In this document: positions 9,521 through 18,622 of the stretch, in pieces
Position numbering within the stretch: the first letter of the stretch is position 1
Layout of the letters: every line of letters starts with the position of its first letter
Virus record (IMG/VR): IMGVR_UViG_3300020045_002788
Span: 1-32,650 of that record
Length of the DNA: 32,650 nucleotides
Reading direction: 5' to 3' (one strand)
Source: a virus
Taxonomy: Duplodnaviria; Caudoviricetes
The notes under the pieces: generated by a model
Databases searched by the model: none
What the model saw: only the letters and a program-made list of their open reading frames with translations
What the model was told of the DNA's origin: nothing
Program-made: the position numbers and the translations under genes

Positions 9521-10480
9521 ATGCCAGTTAATCAGATTTCACATTACCCACACGGATTCAGCCACGGCGTCAGCATTCGTGGCGTTCCGATTGTCAGCAC
9601 CCGTACCGGAAACGTGTTCTACGTGAGCAGCACTTCCGGCAACGACTCCGGCTCTGCGGACGGCACCATCACCAAGCCGTTCGCCACCGTTCAATACGCA
9701 AAGGGCCGCGCTACCGCCAACAACGGCGATACGATCTTTTGTCTGCCCGGCCATGCCGAGACGATTGCCAACGCTACAACGTTGACCATGACCGTAGCGG
9801 ATATCGCTGTTATCGGCCTCGGTCATGGTTCTCGCAGACCCACCTTTACGTTCACTACCGCCACCACGGCCAACATTCCAGTGTCTGCGGCCAACGTCAC
9901 TTTCCAGAATCTTCTGTTCGTGGCGAATTTCGCCGATATAGCGTCGTTCATTACTATTGCCGCCGCCCCGGAATTCTGTGTGAACTCTTGCGAATTCAGG
10001 GACACGTCTTCAGTCTTGAACGCCCTGGTCTGCGTAACCACCACAGTTACCGTGAACGCTGACGGGTTTGTCTTCACCAATAACAAAGTGCAGTCGCTCG
10101 GGACAACCGCAGCCACCACGATGATTGTTGTGGCTGGCACCATGAGTCGCATCTACATCAACGACAACTACTATGTCGGAGCGGTTCTCAACAACACCGC
10201 CGCGTTGCTTGAACACGGTGCCTTGAACGTGACAAACCTTGAAATGGCACGCAACAAGGTATACAGGCCCAACACGGATACCGCCACCGGAGCCGTTCTT
10301 ATCAAGACCACGGCCACCGCAAACACTGGTGTTGTCTACGATAACTACGTCGGTTGCCTTGATGTGGCCGGTGTTATTCTGCTCACGGTCGGAAGTGACT
10401 ACTCCCCATTCAACAATTACGTGACTGGCGAAGTAGATAAGTCCGGCTGGCTGATCCCGGCTGCTGGCACTGACGCTTAA
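9521..10480 (+). CDS. Virion protein with a right-handed beta-helix (pectin-lyase-like), probable head fibre or decoration
   Basis: SD AGGAG. FYVSSTSGNDS..GT..KPFATVQYA and GDTIFCLPGH motifs, followed by repeated beta-helix strands (FTNNKV, INDNYY, MARNKV, VYDNYV). Confidence 0.75.
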   Translation: MPVNQISHYPHGFSHGVSIRGVPIVSTRTGNVFYVSSTSGNDSGSADGTITKPFATVQYAKGRATANNGDTIFCLPGHAETIANATTLTMTVADIAVIGLGHGSRRPTFTFTTATTANIPVSAANVTFQNLLFVANFADIASFITIAAAPEFCVNSCEFRDTSSVLNALVCVTTTVTVNADGFVFTNNKVQSLGTTAATTMIVVAGTMSRIYINDNYYVGAVLNNTAALLEHGALNVTNLEMARNKVYRPNTDTATGAVLIKTTATANTGVVYDNYVGCLDVAGVILLTVGSDYSPFNNYVTGEVDKSGWLIPAAGTDA

Positions 10481-10494
10481 TAGAGGACAAAAAC

Positions 10495-11238
10495 ATGCAA
10501 GCACAGAATCTTTTACGCCCACAGCAAGTCGCGGAAATGACCGACGAGAAGACGCGGCTCGAAAAGGCCGTTGCCAACCCGCACATTCAGGATCGCGGCG
10601 AAGCCATGCGTGCCTTGCGCCGTATCTCCAAGCAGATCGAAACCCAAACCCCGACCGCCTTTACAGGCGAAGAGGAAGGCAAAGCGGTGAAACGAGAAGC
10701 CGCGCTGCGTGAAAAGATTCTGGAAGGCATGCCGAGCCAAGAGGAAATGCGTAAATCCCCCTCCGGGGCTGTTGGCAAACACATGGCTTGGGAGAAGCGC
10801 ATCAAGCCTTTGCTGGCCGAATGGAAGAACATCAAACTTCGTCTCGGGGTTGGCTCAACAGACCCGGACTTGGCGAACTTCGAGCGTTACCGCCCGACCA
10901 ATTCAAGTCTGAACATGCACAACACCATCGTCGCCGGTACGCAGTATTTCATGCCGGAAACGACCTCTCCGACTGTGGTTTTCAACGACGCCCAAATTGA
11001 ACTTCTGCGAAAGCTGGCTCCCGACGTAGCCGACAAGCTGTCGATGATGGACAACGCCACCCGCGCCGAAGTGAAGCAGATCGTAACCGAACAGCACTTC
11101 CCTGCTGCCGCCAAGATCGCAAAGGAACGGAAGGTTCGCGTCTACTCCGACGAACAGCGCAAAGCCGCTTCCGACCGGATGCTTAAGATGCAGGCCGACC
11201 GGAAGGCCAAGAAAGCCAAGCAGAACGATGAGGGTTAA
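10495..11238 (+). CDS. Hypothetical charged helical protein
   Basis: SD GAGGA, 247 aa, in-operon spacing. Confidence 0.75.
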   Translation: MQAQNLLRPQQVAEMTDEKTRLEKAVANPHIQDRGEAMRALRRISKQIETQTPTAFTGEEEGKAVKREAALREKILEGMPSQEEMRKSPSGAVGKHMAWEKRIKPLLAEWKNIKLRLGVGSTDPDLANFERYRPTNSSLNMHNTIVAGTQYFMPETTSPTVVFNDAQIELLRKLAPDVADKLSMMDNATRAEVKQIVTEQHFPAAAKIAKERKVRVYSDEQRKAASDRMLKMQADRKAKKAKQNDEG

Positions 11239-11240
11239 CC

Positions 11241-12269
11241 GTGGCATTTCCATATCTTTCAGAGGCCAGCTTTAGCGCAGGGACTATCGGGCATTTCGAT
11301 ACTGACACTGACACTGAGAGCCGTAGTCAGGTATTCCATTATTCTGCACTAGCGGCTATTCCTGGTCTTCCAGCGCCTTATCATGGCGCGTATGTTTATG
11401 GCGTAAACCTCGCAAACGACGGAACCCCGGCTGATTCCTATTTACAGGAAACAGCATCTTGGGATACCGCTGCTTCCGGTACTATTTTCTTCCGCCTCAT
11501 GTTCTGGGTGTCCGCCGACATTACCATGGCGAATGCCGATGAGTTCGCCATATTCCAGCTTTGGAGCGCGACGAACACGGTGGAAGGTGGGGCTTACATC
11601 AATTACACGACCGCCAACGGTCTTCGCCTCGGCATTGGCGAAGCGTCCGCAGCGCAGTTCCTGCCGCTTTCGACGAACACTTGGCACAGTCTTGAACTGA
11701 AATACGTGATCGACAGCGGTGTGCCGAATGACGGCACACTTGACGGCTGGCTGGACGGTTCTACTTTCACTCAGGTAACGGCCCTTGACCAAGGCGCTAT
11801 TACCTCCGGTGTGATGGGAGTGTTGAGCCAGGACGCCGGAACGACCAAAGGCTATGTTCTGTTCGACAACATCATCGCCGACGACTTGCAGATTTTCCCT
11901 CCGGTAAGGCGCTGGTCTCAGGATCAACTGTTTACGCAGTCGAACCACGCATTTGTTGGCCCCGGACGCCTTGAGAACGTATCTCTTCTTTCTGGTGCCG
12001 CCACGGACAATGTTCTGACCGTGTACGATACGGACGTGGCTTATGTGTCCAGCACATCCGCCGCAAAACTTGAACTCAAGAACACGGCGAATAACGAAAC
12101 GGTTGACCCAGCCGGTGTGCCGATTGACTTCCAGAGAGGCTGCTACGTTGTCATGACCGGGACTAACCCAAGGGCTATCGTGAAATTCTCAAAGACACCG
12201 GCATACGGTTCGGACGGAGCAGTTCGCTCCTACGGTCTTCGTCGCAAGCCAGCCCCAGGTGGAGTGTAA
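11241..12269 (+). CDS. Virion protein with a ConA/LamG-like beta-sandwich
   Basis: GTG start. LSTNTWHSLELKY...GTLDGWLDG and VLFDNII are typical of lectin-like jelly-roll folds. Confidence 0.65.
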   Translation: MAFPYLSEASFSAGTIGHFDTDTDTESRSQVFHYSALAAIPGLPAPYHGAYVYGVNLANDGTPADSYLQETASWDTAASGTIFFRLMFWVSADITMANADEFAIFQLWSATNTVEGGAYINYTTANGLRLGIGEASAAQFLPLSTNTWHSLELKYVIDSGVPNDGTLDGWLDGSTFTQVTALDQGAITSGVMGVLSQDAGTTKGYVLFDNIIADDLQIFPPVRRWSQDQLFTQSNHAFVGPGRLENVSLLSGAATDNVLTVYDTDVAYVSSTSAAKLELKNTANNETVDPAGVPIDFQRGCYVVMTGTNPRAIVKFSKTPAYGSDGAVRSYGLRRKPAPGGV

Positions 12270-12782
12270 ATGTCAAAACTAATCGCCCCGGCTCAGATCA
12301 GCAAAGTCTCGGAGCTTCTTGAGCTACTGACAGACCCGCCGAAATACGCCCAATACCTTCTTTCTCTGAAGGAGTTGCAGGACAACATCGAAGAAAAACT
12401 CGGTGTGATGGATACACAGGAGAAGGCCGACCGCATGTTGGCGAGCGCCGAGGCCAAAGCGACAGAGGCCGTTACCGCATTGAACGAGGCCAAGGCCGAA
12501 GCCACGCGGATGATGGATGAAGCCGCTGCTGCCGTAGAAACAGCTAAGTCTGTCCTCGCAGAGGCCAAGGCAGAAGCCGCCGAGAAGAAGAAAGAAATTG
12601 ATGTTTCACGTGGAACAGTGCTACAGAGAGAGACTGCCGTTACCGAGGCTGCTAAGGCCATTGAAGCACAGATGGCCTCCGTCATTGTACGTGAGCAGGC
12701 TGTCAGCAAAAGAGAATCTGAAATCGAGACCCGTGAGACCAAGCTGAAACAGCGAGTCAAGTTGTTGCGAGAGCCAGTCTAA
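12270..12782 (+). CDS. Coiled-coil hypothetical protein
   Basis: Abuts the upstream stop. A/E/K-rich heptads. Confidence 0.75.
   Translation: MSKLIAPAQISKVSELLELLTDPPKYAQYLLSLKELQDNIEEKLGVMDTQEKADRMLASAEAKATEAVTALNEAKAEATRMMDEAAAAVETAKSVLAEAKAEAAEKKKEIDVSRGTVLQRETAVTEAAKAIEAQMASVIVREQAVSKRESEIETRETKLKQRVKLLREPV
12602..12617. promoter_or_regulatory. parS-like ParB binding palindrome TGTTTCACGTGGAACA
   Basis: Matches the chromosomal parS consensus TGTTNCACGTGNAACA. Lies inside the CDS, encoding D-V-S-R-G-T. Confidence 0.8.
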
Positions 12783-12827
12783 CTGCCTCGGCGACAAACA
12801 TGCTCGCGTGAATATAAGCAATAGCTT

Positions 12828-13238
12828 ATGGCCAGAACACAGCTAACCCCAAGCCGTGCTTGGCCTCGCGGAGAGACGGTAATTCCTGTCAACCCACGGA
12901 CAACCGATGTTCTGGGCACCATATCTATTTATGCGTCTCGCTCAGCGTGGCCTATCACGGCAAGAGTGAGCGTTAATCTTGAAATGTTTGATAACGACGG
13001 CTCTTCTTGGAAGACGCTGGCCGGGTTTATCGCGCCAGGTGGGACGGTCCTTGGCGCACAAGGCCAAATACTCGTCGAGAGTATTTGCACAGCACGAAAG
13101 TACGACAAGTTAACAAACATAACAGTGCCATTCTTTCGCCACGTCTGGCCGTTAGATGCCGTGACTCGACTGCCTCCATTGAGGCTTCGCGTAGTAACCA
13201 ACGAGCTAATAACCAGTTCAATTGGAGTTGACTGGTAA
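12828..13238 (+). CDS. Hypothetical protein
   Basis: 136 aa. Stop overlaps the next start (TAATG). Confidence 0.6.
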   Translation: MARTQLTPSRAWPRGETVIPVNPRTTDVLGTISIYASRSAWPITARVSVNLEMFDNDGSSWKTLAGFIAPGGTVLGAQGQILVESICTARKYDKLTNITVPFFRHVWPLDAVTRLPPLRLRVVTNELITSSIGVDW

Positions 13239-13918
13239 TGGCCGTCACATTTGACGCTGCCACCGATGCCACCGCGCTTGGTGTATCGGCAATTTCATTA
13301 ACCCACACCGCTACTGGTACGGATCGCGCAGCCTTTGTGGGTATTTGGGCGGGAGACGCTACCAGCGTCTCACAAGTCAGTTCTGGTACTTACGCCGGAG
13401 TCTCGCTGGTTGAGAAATGGGACACCATTTACGGCTCGCCTTTCTATGATAACGCTGGACTGACTTTGGTCGCTCCCACTACGGGAGCGCAGACGGTAAC
13501 AGTTAACTTTGCCGCTGCGAATGGCGCTTCGTCTCTGGCCGTGGTTACAGCTACCGGGGTAGATCAAACCACTCCTTTCGGTACAGCCCCCGCCACCGCC
13601 ACCGGAACCAGCACGGCTCCGACAGTCAATGTAACCGCAGCCATCGGTGACTTGGTTGTCGATAACCTGAGCTACGCCGGACTCAGTGCCGTAACTCAGG
13701 GCACCGGGCAGACCGAGAGAACCAGTAATCTTGCAATAGGTAGTGACTCTTGCCACAGCACCGCCACAGAGGCCGGTGCCGCTACCGTGACCATGAGCGC
13801 GACTATGGTTGCGTCGAATGTGTGGGCAATAAACGGGATCGCGTTCAAGGCATTAGGAACTGGAAGGCTTGTGAATGGCTGTCTCGTCAATGGATTACTT
13901 ACGGGGTATTTGGCTTGA
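13238..13918 (+). CDS. Virion structural protein (T/A/G-rich beta domain)
   Basis: AVTFDAAT, SLTHTATG, GVDQTTP and GTSTAPTVNVT pattern typical of phage surface proteins. Confidence 0.7.
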   Translation: MAVTFDAATDATALGVSAISLTHTATGTDRAAFVGIWAGDATSVSQVSSGTYAGVSLVEKWDTIYGSPFYDNAGLTLVAPTTGAQTVTVNFAAANGASSLAVVTATGVDQTTPFGTAPATATGTSTAPTVNVTAAIGDLVVDNLSYAGLSAVTQGTGQTERTSNLAIGSDSCHSTATEAGAATVTMSATMVASNVWAINGIAFKALGTGRLVNGCLVNGLLTGYLA

Positions 13919-14958
13919 GCTACATCGGAGACTTCGCGCTAGAGTCCACGTTGGACTTTAAATTTTGCACTACTGCTGCCGCTACCGGAGCACCGACAAC
14001 GCTTGCCGGAACTCCCGTTATCTCTGCTTACGTTGGAAATAGCACGACACAACTCACTGCTGGTATCACGCTCACGGTGGATTTCGACGCCGTGACCGGC
14101 CTGCACAATGTTCGTGTTGCGGCGACAGCCGCTAATGGTTACGCCACAGCTTCAAATTACCAGCTTGTGATTACCGCGGGTACGGTAGGCGGCACATCAG
14201 CAGTTGGCTATGTGGTCGGTGAATTCAGCATTGAGGCACGTTCGGCTGTACGCCCCACCGTCGCGGCCAGAACCCTTGACGTAACCGCTACCGGAGCCGC
14301 TGGTATCGACTTGGCTAACGTGGAGAATCAGGGAGCCACTCTCGGCCTTACCGGAACAACCATCTTGGCAGCGACCACAGCCACTAACCTGACCAACAAT
14401 AACGATAAGGCTGGATACGCGCTCACAGCAACAACAGGGCTTGGCAACCAGACCTCCAACATTACCGGGAACCTGTCTGGAAGCGTTGGAAGTGTGACCG
14501 GAGCAGTTGGGTCTGTAACAGGCGCGGTTGGTTCCGTGACTGGTGCCGTGGGCAGCGTGACCGCAAACGTAAATGCTGTTCTCATTAATGGCGCACATGG
14601 TGGCGCTGCGGCAACGGCAGCGTTTGGCGGAGCTGGTGGCATAACCTCAACAGTTACCGGAAACGTCACTGGTTCAGTCGGGAGCCTAGCTACACAAGCC
14701 AAGGCAGACGTAAACGCCGAGGTGGTCGATGCTTTAGCTACCGATACTTACGCAGAGCCTGGACAGGGCGCACCGGCAGCGACAACTACCTTGTCGGCGA
14801 AGATCAACTACATCTACAAGTTCCTGAGAAACAAAGTAACTACCACCGCCACAACGGTAAGTGTTTACGATGACGCTGGTACAACGGTAGACCAGAAATC
14901 AACCGTCTCAGACGACGCGACGACCTTCACCCGTGGAGAGTTCGGGACAGGCCCGTAA
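13915..14958 (+). CDS. Fibre-like virion protein with GSVTGAV repeats
   Basis: Likely start is TTG at 13915 overlapping the upstream TGA (TTGA). T/A/G-rich with tandem heptapeptide repeats. Confidence 0.7.
   Translation: MSYIGDFALESTLDFKFCTTAAATGAPTTLAGTPVISAYVGNSTTQLTAGITLTVDFDAVTGLHNVRVAATAANGYATASNYQLVITAGTVGGTSAVGYVVGEFSIEARSAVRPTVAARTLDVTATGAAGIDLANVENQGATLGLTGTTILAATTATNLTNNNDKAGYALTATTGLGNQTSNITGNLSGSVGSVTGAVGSVTGAVGSVTGAVGSVTANVNAVLINGAHGGAAATAAFGGAGGITSTVTGNVTGSVGSLATQAKADVNAEVVDALATDTYAEPGQGAPAATTTLSAKINYIYKFLRNKVTTTATTVSVYDDAGTTVDQKSTVSDDATTFTRGEFGTGP
14488..14562 (+). repeat. Coding tandem repeat (GSVTGAV) x3.5 with diversified codons
   Basis: Protein repeat is exact, but the 21-bp DNA units differ at most synonymous sites. 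Confidence 0.85.
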
Positions 14959-15174
14959 ATGGCTATTGATACCGCCCAGAGAAGGGTCAGTGCTTCACAG
15001 TCATTACTGGCTTTCTACGGCCCTATCATTCTCCCAGATGGGTCATTAACCCAGCCAGATCGTCAGTCATTGGCGATGATCTATCCGGGTATTCCTGCTG
15101 ATGGCGCTGTAGCGTCAACTGGCAGAACACTGCGGTCAAGGGCCAAAGCCGCCCACACACGACGCAGACGATAA
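14959..15174 (+). CDS. Small virion-associated hypothetical protein
   Basis: Abuts the upstream stop; begins MAIDTAQRRVSA. Confidence 0.65.
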   Translation: MAIDTAQRRVSASQSLLAFYGPIILPDGSLTQPDRQSLAMIYPGIPADGAVASTGRTLRSRAKAAHTRRRR

Positions 15175-15187
15175 TTTGACATAATGC
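15172..15187 (+). promoter_or_regulatory. Conserved 16-bp motif TAATTTGACATAATGC, copy 2
   Basis: Exact copy. Here TTGACA (15176-15181) is followed after 16 bp by TAGGAT (15198-15203), just before the adaptor ATG. Confidence 0.75.
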
Positions 15188-15209
15188 AGGCAAATAGTAG
15201 GATGGTGGT

Positions 15210-16181
15210 ATGAGCGCCACAACACAGGTCCAGACGTACAGCGACATTTATACAGCCATATTAAATGGCCTGAGAAACGACACGTCCACGACAGCCAGCA
15301 TCAACCAAGCCAAACGCGCGGCCAATGTCGCCCTGCATGACATGCACATCGGGTTTGCAGAGCGCCTTCCGTGGGCAGAACGCAGAGCCGTTATCGTTAC
15401 CCAACCGGAGTACAAGACAGGTACTTTGACGGCCACCGTAGGTTCTACGACCATCACAGGCTCTGGTACAGCCTGGAACACTAATAACGACTTCTCCGTA
15501 GCCAACATGCGTGCCGGTGGGAAAATCCGCATCAACGCCGGAAACGAGATATACGAGATCAGTTCAGTGGCTTCTGATACCTCGGCCACGCTGACCAGCA
15601 AATTCACCCAAACCACCGTGGCCGGGGCTTCCTACGTCTACTTCGAGGACGAATACGCCCTAGCCGCTGACTTCCTTCGTCCACTGAGCCTGAAACAGTT
15701 CTCAGACCCATCCGACATTACTCTCGTCGGGCGAAATGACTTCAATCGCATGTTCCTGCGAAACTTCACCACTGGAAAACCACAGGTCGCTTCGATTATA
15801 GACCTGCCGTTTTCCTCCAACACAACCCCTGTACGGAAGGTCGCTTTCTACAAACCACCCGAGAAGGCGTACACCATTCCATACAGCTACATCACCTCGT
15901 ACCTTGCCGTGTCTTCCGCAGGCGCAGCCCAGACACAGATGAGTGCTGATGCCGATGAGCCGATCATCCCTTTGCGTTACCGCTATGCGCTTGTTCTGCA
16001 CGCCCTTAGCCATCTTTACCGTGACGCGAAAGACGATGACAGAGCGTTATCAGCCAAAGCAGAGTACGAACAACTGTTGACCCGCACCGTTTCTGATACT
16101 GAGATTGGAGCATCACACCCGTACCTTTCTCCCGTTGTTTCCGGATACTCACGCCGTGCCCGGAGGCCGTATGCAAGGTAG
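15210..16181 (+). CDS. Head-tail adaptor / tail tubular protein A-like, with an inserted beta domain
   Basis: Helical N-terminus (AKRAANVALHDM..LPWA), EYALAADF, and C-terminal DEPIIPLRYRYALVLHAL, typical of podophage adaptors. Insert YKTGTLTATVGSTTITGSGTAW. Confidence 0.72.
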   Translation: MSATTQVQTYSDIYTAILNGLRNDTSTTASINQAKRAANVALHDMHIGFAERLPWAERRAVIVTQPEYKTGTLTATVGSTTITGSGTAWNTNNDFSVANMRAGGKIRINAGNEIYEISSVASDTSATLTSKFTQTTVAGASYVYFEDEYALAADFLRPLSLKQFSDPSDITLVGRNDFNRMFLRNFTTGKPQVASIIDLPFSSNTTPVRKVAFYKPPEKAYTIPYSYITSYLAVSSAGAAQTQMSADADEPIIPLRYRYALVLHALSHLYRDAKDDDRALSAKAEYEQLLTRTVSDTEIGASHPYLSPVVSGYSRRARRPYAR

Positions 16182-16518
16182 GCGACCGGCTGCTGACGAC
16201 GTGGTGTTCCAGTCGCACCTGATCCAGAAGCGATACGACTTCTACGGGAGCGATACCGGCGCACTCGACTACATCATCAACCAAGGAACCGTTCAATCTG
16301 GATCGGGAACAACCGTGACCCTAGCTTCAACCGCTTCGTCTACGGACAACGCCTACAACGGATACCAATTCGTGACCGTCGGTGGGACGGGAAGCGGTCA
16401 AGACCGGGCTTATATCACGGCCTACAACGGCAGCACTAAGGACGCCACGCTATCCACAGCTCTCGACACGGCGCTGGATACGACGAGTACCTACCGCGTA
16501 ATCAATCGGCGCTACTGA
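16171..16518 (+). CDS. Small virion protein (beta-rich)
   Basis: ATG at 16171 with GGAGG at 16162-16166. GTVQSGSGTTVTL...GTGSGQ.R..ITAYNGSTK..T motif seen in phage surface proteins. Confidence 0.65.
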   Translation: MQGRRPAADDVVFQSHLIQKRYDFYGSDTGALDYIINQGTVQSGSGTTVTLASTASSTDNAYNGYQFVTVGGTGSGQDRAYITAYNGSTKDATLSTALDTALDTTSTYRVINRRY

Positions 16519-16519
16519 A

Positions 16520-17005
16520 ATGGCTACTAGAACAACATCCGAAAACATACAAGAACGGTTCGAGGACAAATACATCCCCGTGACTGAGTGTGGGTGTTGG
16601 TTGTGGATTGCGAAGACAAAGAAATTCAGCAATGGAAATTACGGAATAATTTGGCTCGATGATAAATGGAAATACGCCCATCGAGTCTCATGGGAATTGA
16701 CGCACGGGAAGATACCGGATGGCTTGGATGTTTTGCATAAATGTGACGAGCCCTCATGCGTGAACCCGTCACATTTATTCATTGGTACACAAGCAGACAA
16801 CAACCTAGATAGAGACAGGAAAGGAAGGCAGGTAGCACCGCGTGGTATCCATAATGGAAATGCGAAACTAACTGATGAACAAGTCGTTTTCATAAGAAAT
16901 TCAAAAGAATCATCCATACAGCTTTCAAAAGTTGTAGGGATAGCTTCATCAGGAATCAGGAAGATTCGTCGTGGTGAAGCATGGAGGCACGTACATGGCG
17001 ACTAG
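16520..17005 (+). mobile_element. Free-standing HNH homing endonuclease
   Basis: GCWLW, YAHRVSWE, VLHKCDEPSCVNPSHL.IGTQADNN (HNH core) and a C-terminal NAKLT...HTH. Visibly more AT-rich than its flanks. Confidence 0.9.
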
Positions 17006-18593
17006 AATTCAAACATTGAGGCACAAGTTTTCTGGTGGATGGGCAACGGATTTCGGAACCAACGCCGATGTCGCCATCGCCCAAGACGGACTTATCCAAG
17101 TTCCGTTTCTCGTAGATGCTGAAAACGTATTCTACGAACTGGATGGTGGCCCAAGAAAAATCGGTGGCACGGAAAAGGTCAACACCTCCGTACTCGAATC
17201 AGGTGCCGTGGTGCGTGGCGTCTATGACTTCTGGCGACAAGGCGCACTAGGTTCTCCGACTCGCAGGCGTATCGCCGCCGTATCCGACAAGATTCTTTCC
17301 GACACGGACGACGGCACGTTCACCACCACACTTGCTTCCGGTTGGAACACGACAGCGGTTCCGAACTTCTCCACGTTCGACGACATTCTTATTATGGCGA
17401 ATGACTCGACCACGGACGTTCCGAGGTCTTGGGACGGAACGACCGCACAGTCATTGGCTGGAACACCGCCGCGTTTCTCTTTCTCCACAACTCATTACGG
17501 CAGGCAGTTCGCGGCTGGTGATTACGCTAACCCATCGACGCTGTACTACACGACTGCTTATAACCCTGAAGACTGGACCGGATCGGGAAGCGGTTCAATC
17601 TTGATTGAACCGAACGACGGCGACATGATTACCGGAATCGCCAGTTACAAGCGGGAATTGTGGATATTCAAGGGACCAAACAAGGGTTCGATCAACAGAC
17701 TTACGGGTTCGGCCCCGGCCAGCTTCGCGCTTGAGCCGTTCGTGAAATCTGGCCTTGGGGCCGCTTGGCAAAACAGCATATTCCAGTACAAGGACGACCT
17801 TGGATTCGTTTCTCAATACGGAACGATCCACAGCCTGACGGCTACGGCTTCTTACGGCGATTTCAATGAGGGTGCGCTGTCTCTGCCGATTCATAAGTGG
17901 ATTAGTGAGCACATGAATTTTAACCGTCTGAGACATATCACAGCAGTAAACAACCCACAGGAAGGCTACGTTCTGTTCACGATTTCGGTAGATGCTTCCA
18001 CCACGAACAACACTGTTCTGATGATGGACTACAGAGATTCGAGACCTGGTTTACCGAGGATACGTTGGGCGCAGTGGACCGCCATCAAGGCAGGCTCCAT
18101 GGGTCTGTTCGTGGACACGAACGGGAAACGCCGTATTGTGTTGGGTGGGAACGATGGGTTTGTCAGGCGCTCGAACGTCGCCACACGCTCGCTGGACGGA
18201 ACAACGGCCATCGCCGCTAAAGTCACGCTGCCGTTCTTGAATTACGGCAACTCGATGTTGAAGAAGACACTCTACAACGGTTCCATCGGCATTGCCCCGA
18301 AAGGTAATTACACGGCTACTTTTGGATGGACACGCGACGACAACGCACAGCAGACGACAACTGTAACGCAGGGTGGTGGTGACGTACTCGGCCCCGCATC
18401 GGAGAATGAATTCACGCTCGGCACTTCGACACTGGGTGGAGCGTTATTCGTGGATCGGTATATGGATTTAACGGAAGCCGGTGAGTTCAGGAATATTCAA
18501 TATCAACTGACACAGAGCGGGGCTGGCGAGGATTTAGAGTGCCATAGCCTTAACGTGTCAATCAAGGGCGGCTCGATGAGCCTTGAAAATTGA
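16995..18593 (+). CDS. Tail tubular protein B / nozzle (P22 gp10-like beta-propeller)
   Basis: ATG at 16995 with GGAGG at 16983-16987. FSGGW, AENV, PEDW and GDMITGIASYKRELWIFK motifs. Follows the adaptor. Confidence 0.8.
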   Translation: MATRIQTLRHKFSGGWATDFGTNADVAIAQDGLIQVPFLVDAENVFYELDGGPRKIGGTEKVNTSVLESGAVVRGVYDFWRQGALGSPTRRRIAAVSDKILSDTDDGTFTTTLASGWNTTAVPNFSTFDDILIMANDSTTDVPRSWDGTTAQSLAGTPPRFSFSTTHYGRQFAAGDYANPSTLYYTTAYNPEDWTGSGSGSILIEPNDGDMITGIASYKRELWIFKGPNKGSINRLTGSAPASFALEPFVKSGLGAAWQNSIFQYKDDLGFVSQYGTIHSLTATASYGDFNEGALSLPIHKWISEHMNFNRLRHITAVNNPQEGYVLFTISVDASTTNNTVLMMDYRDSRPGLPRIRWAQWTAIKAGSMGLFVDTNGKRRIVLGGNDGFVRRSNVATRSLDGTTAIAAKVTLPFLNYGNSMLKKTLYNGSIGIAPKGNYTATFGWTRDDNAQQTTTVTQGGGDVLGPASENEFTLGTSTLGGALFVDRYMDLTEAGEFRNIQYQLTQSGAGEDLECHSLNVSIKGGSMSLEN

Positions 18594-18622
18594 ACAATGA
18601 AAAAATATAAGGAGAACGTGTC

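Noticed and set aside
13750-13914. N-terminal extension of the 402-aa ORF
   Set aside because: Overlaps the upstream gene with non-protein-like sequence; the TTGA-coupled start at 13915 is more plausible.
16160-16270. Possible readthrough or frameshift fusing the adaptor with the next ORF
   Set aside because: The downstream ORF has its own GGAGG and ATG, and no slippery sequence is evident.
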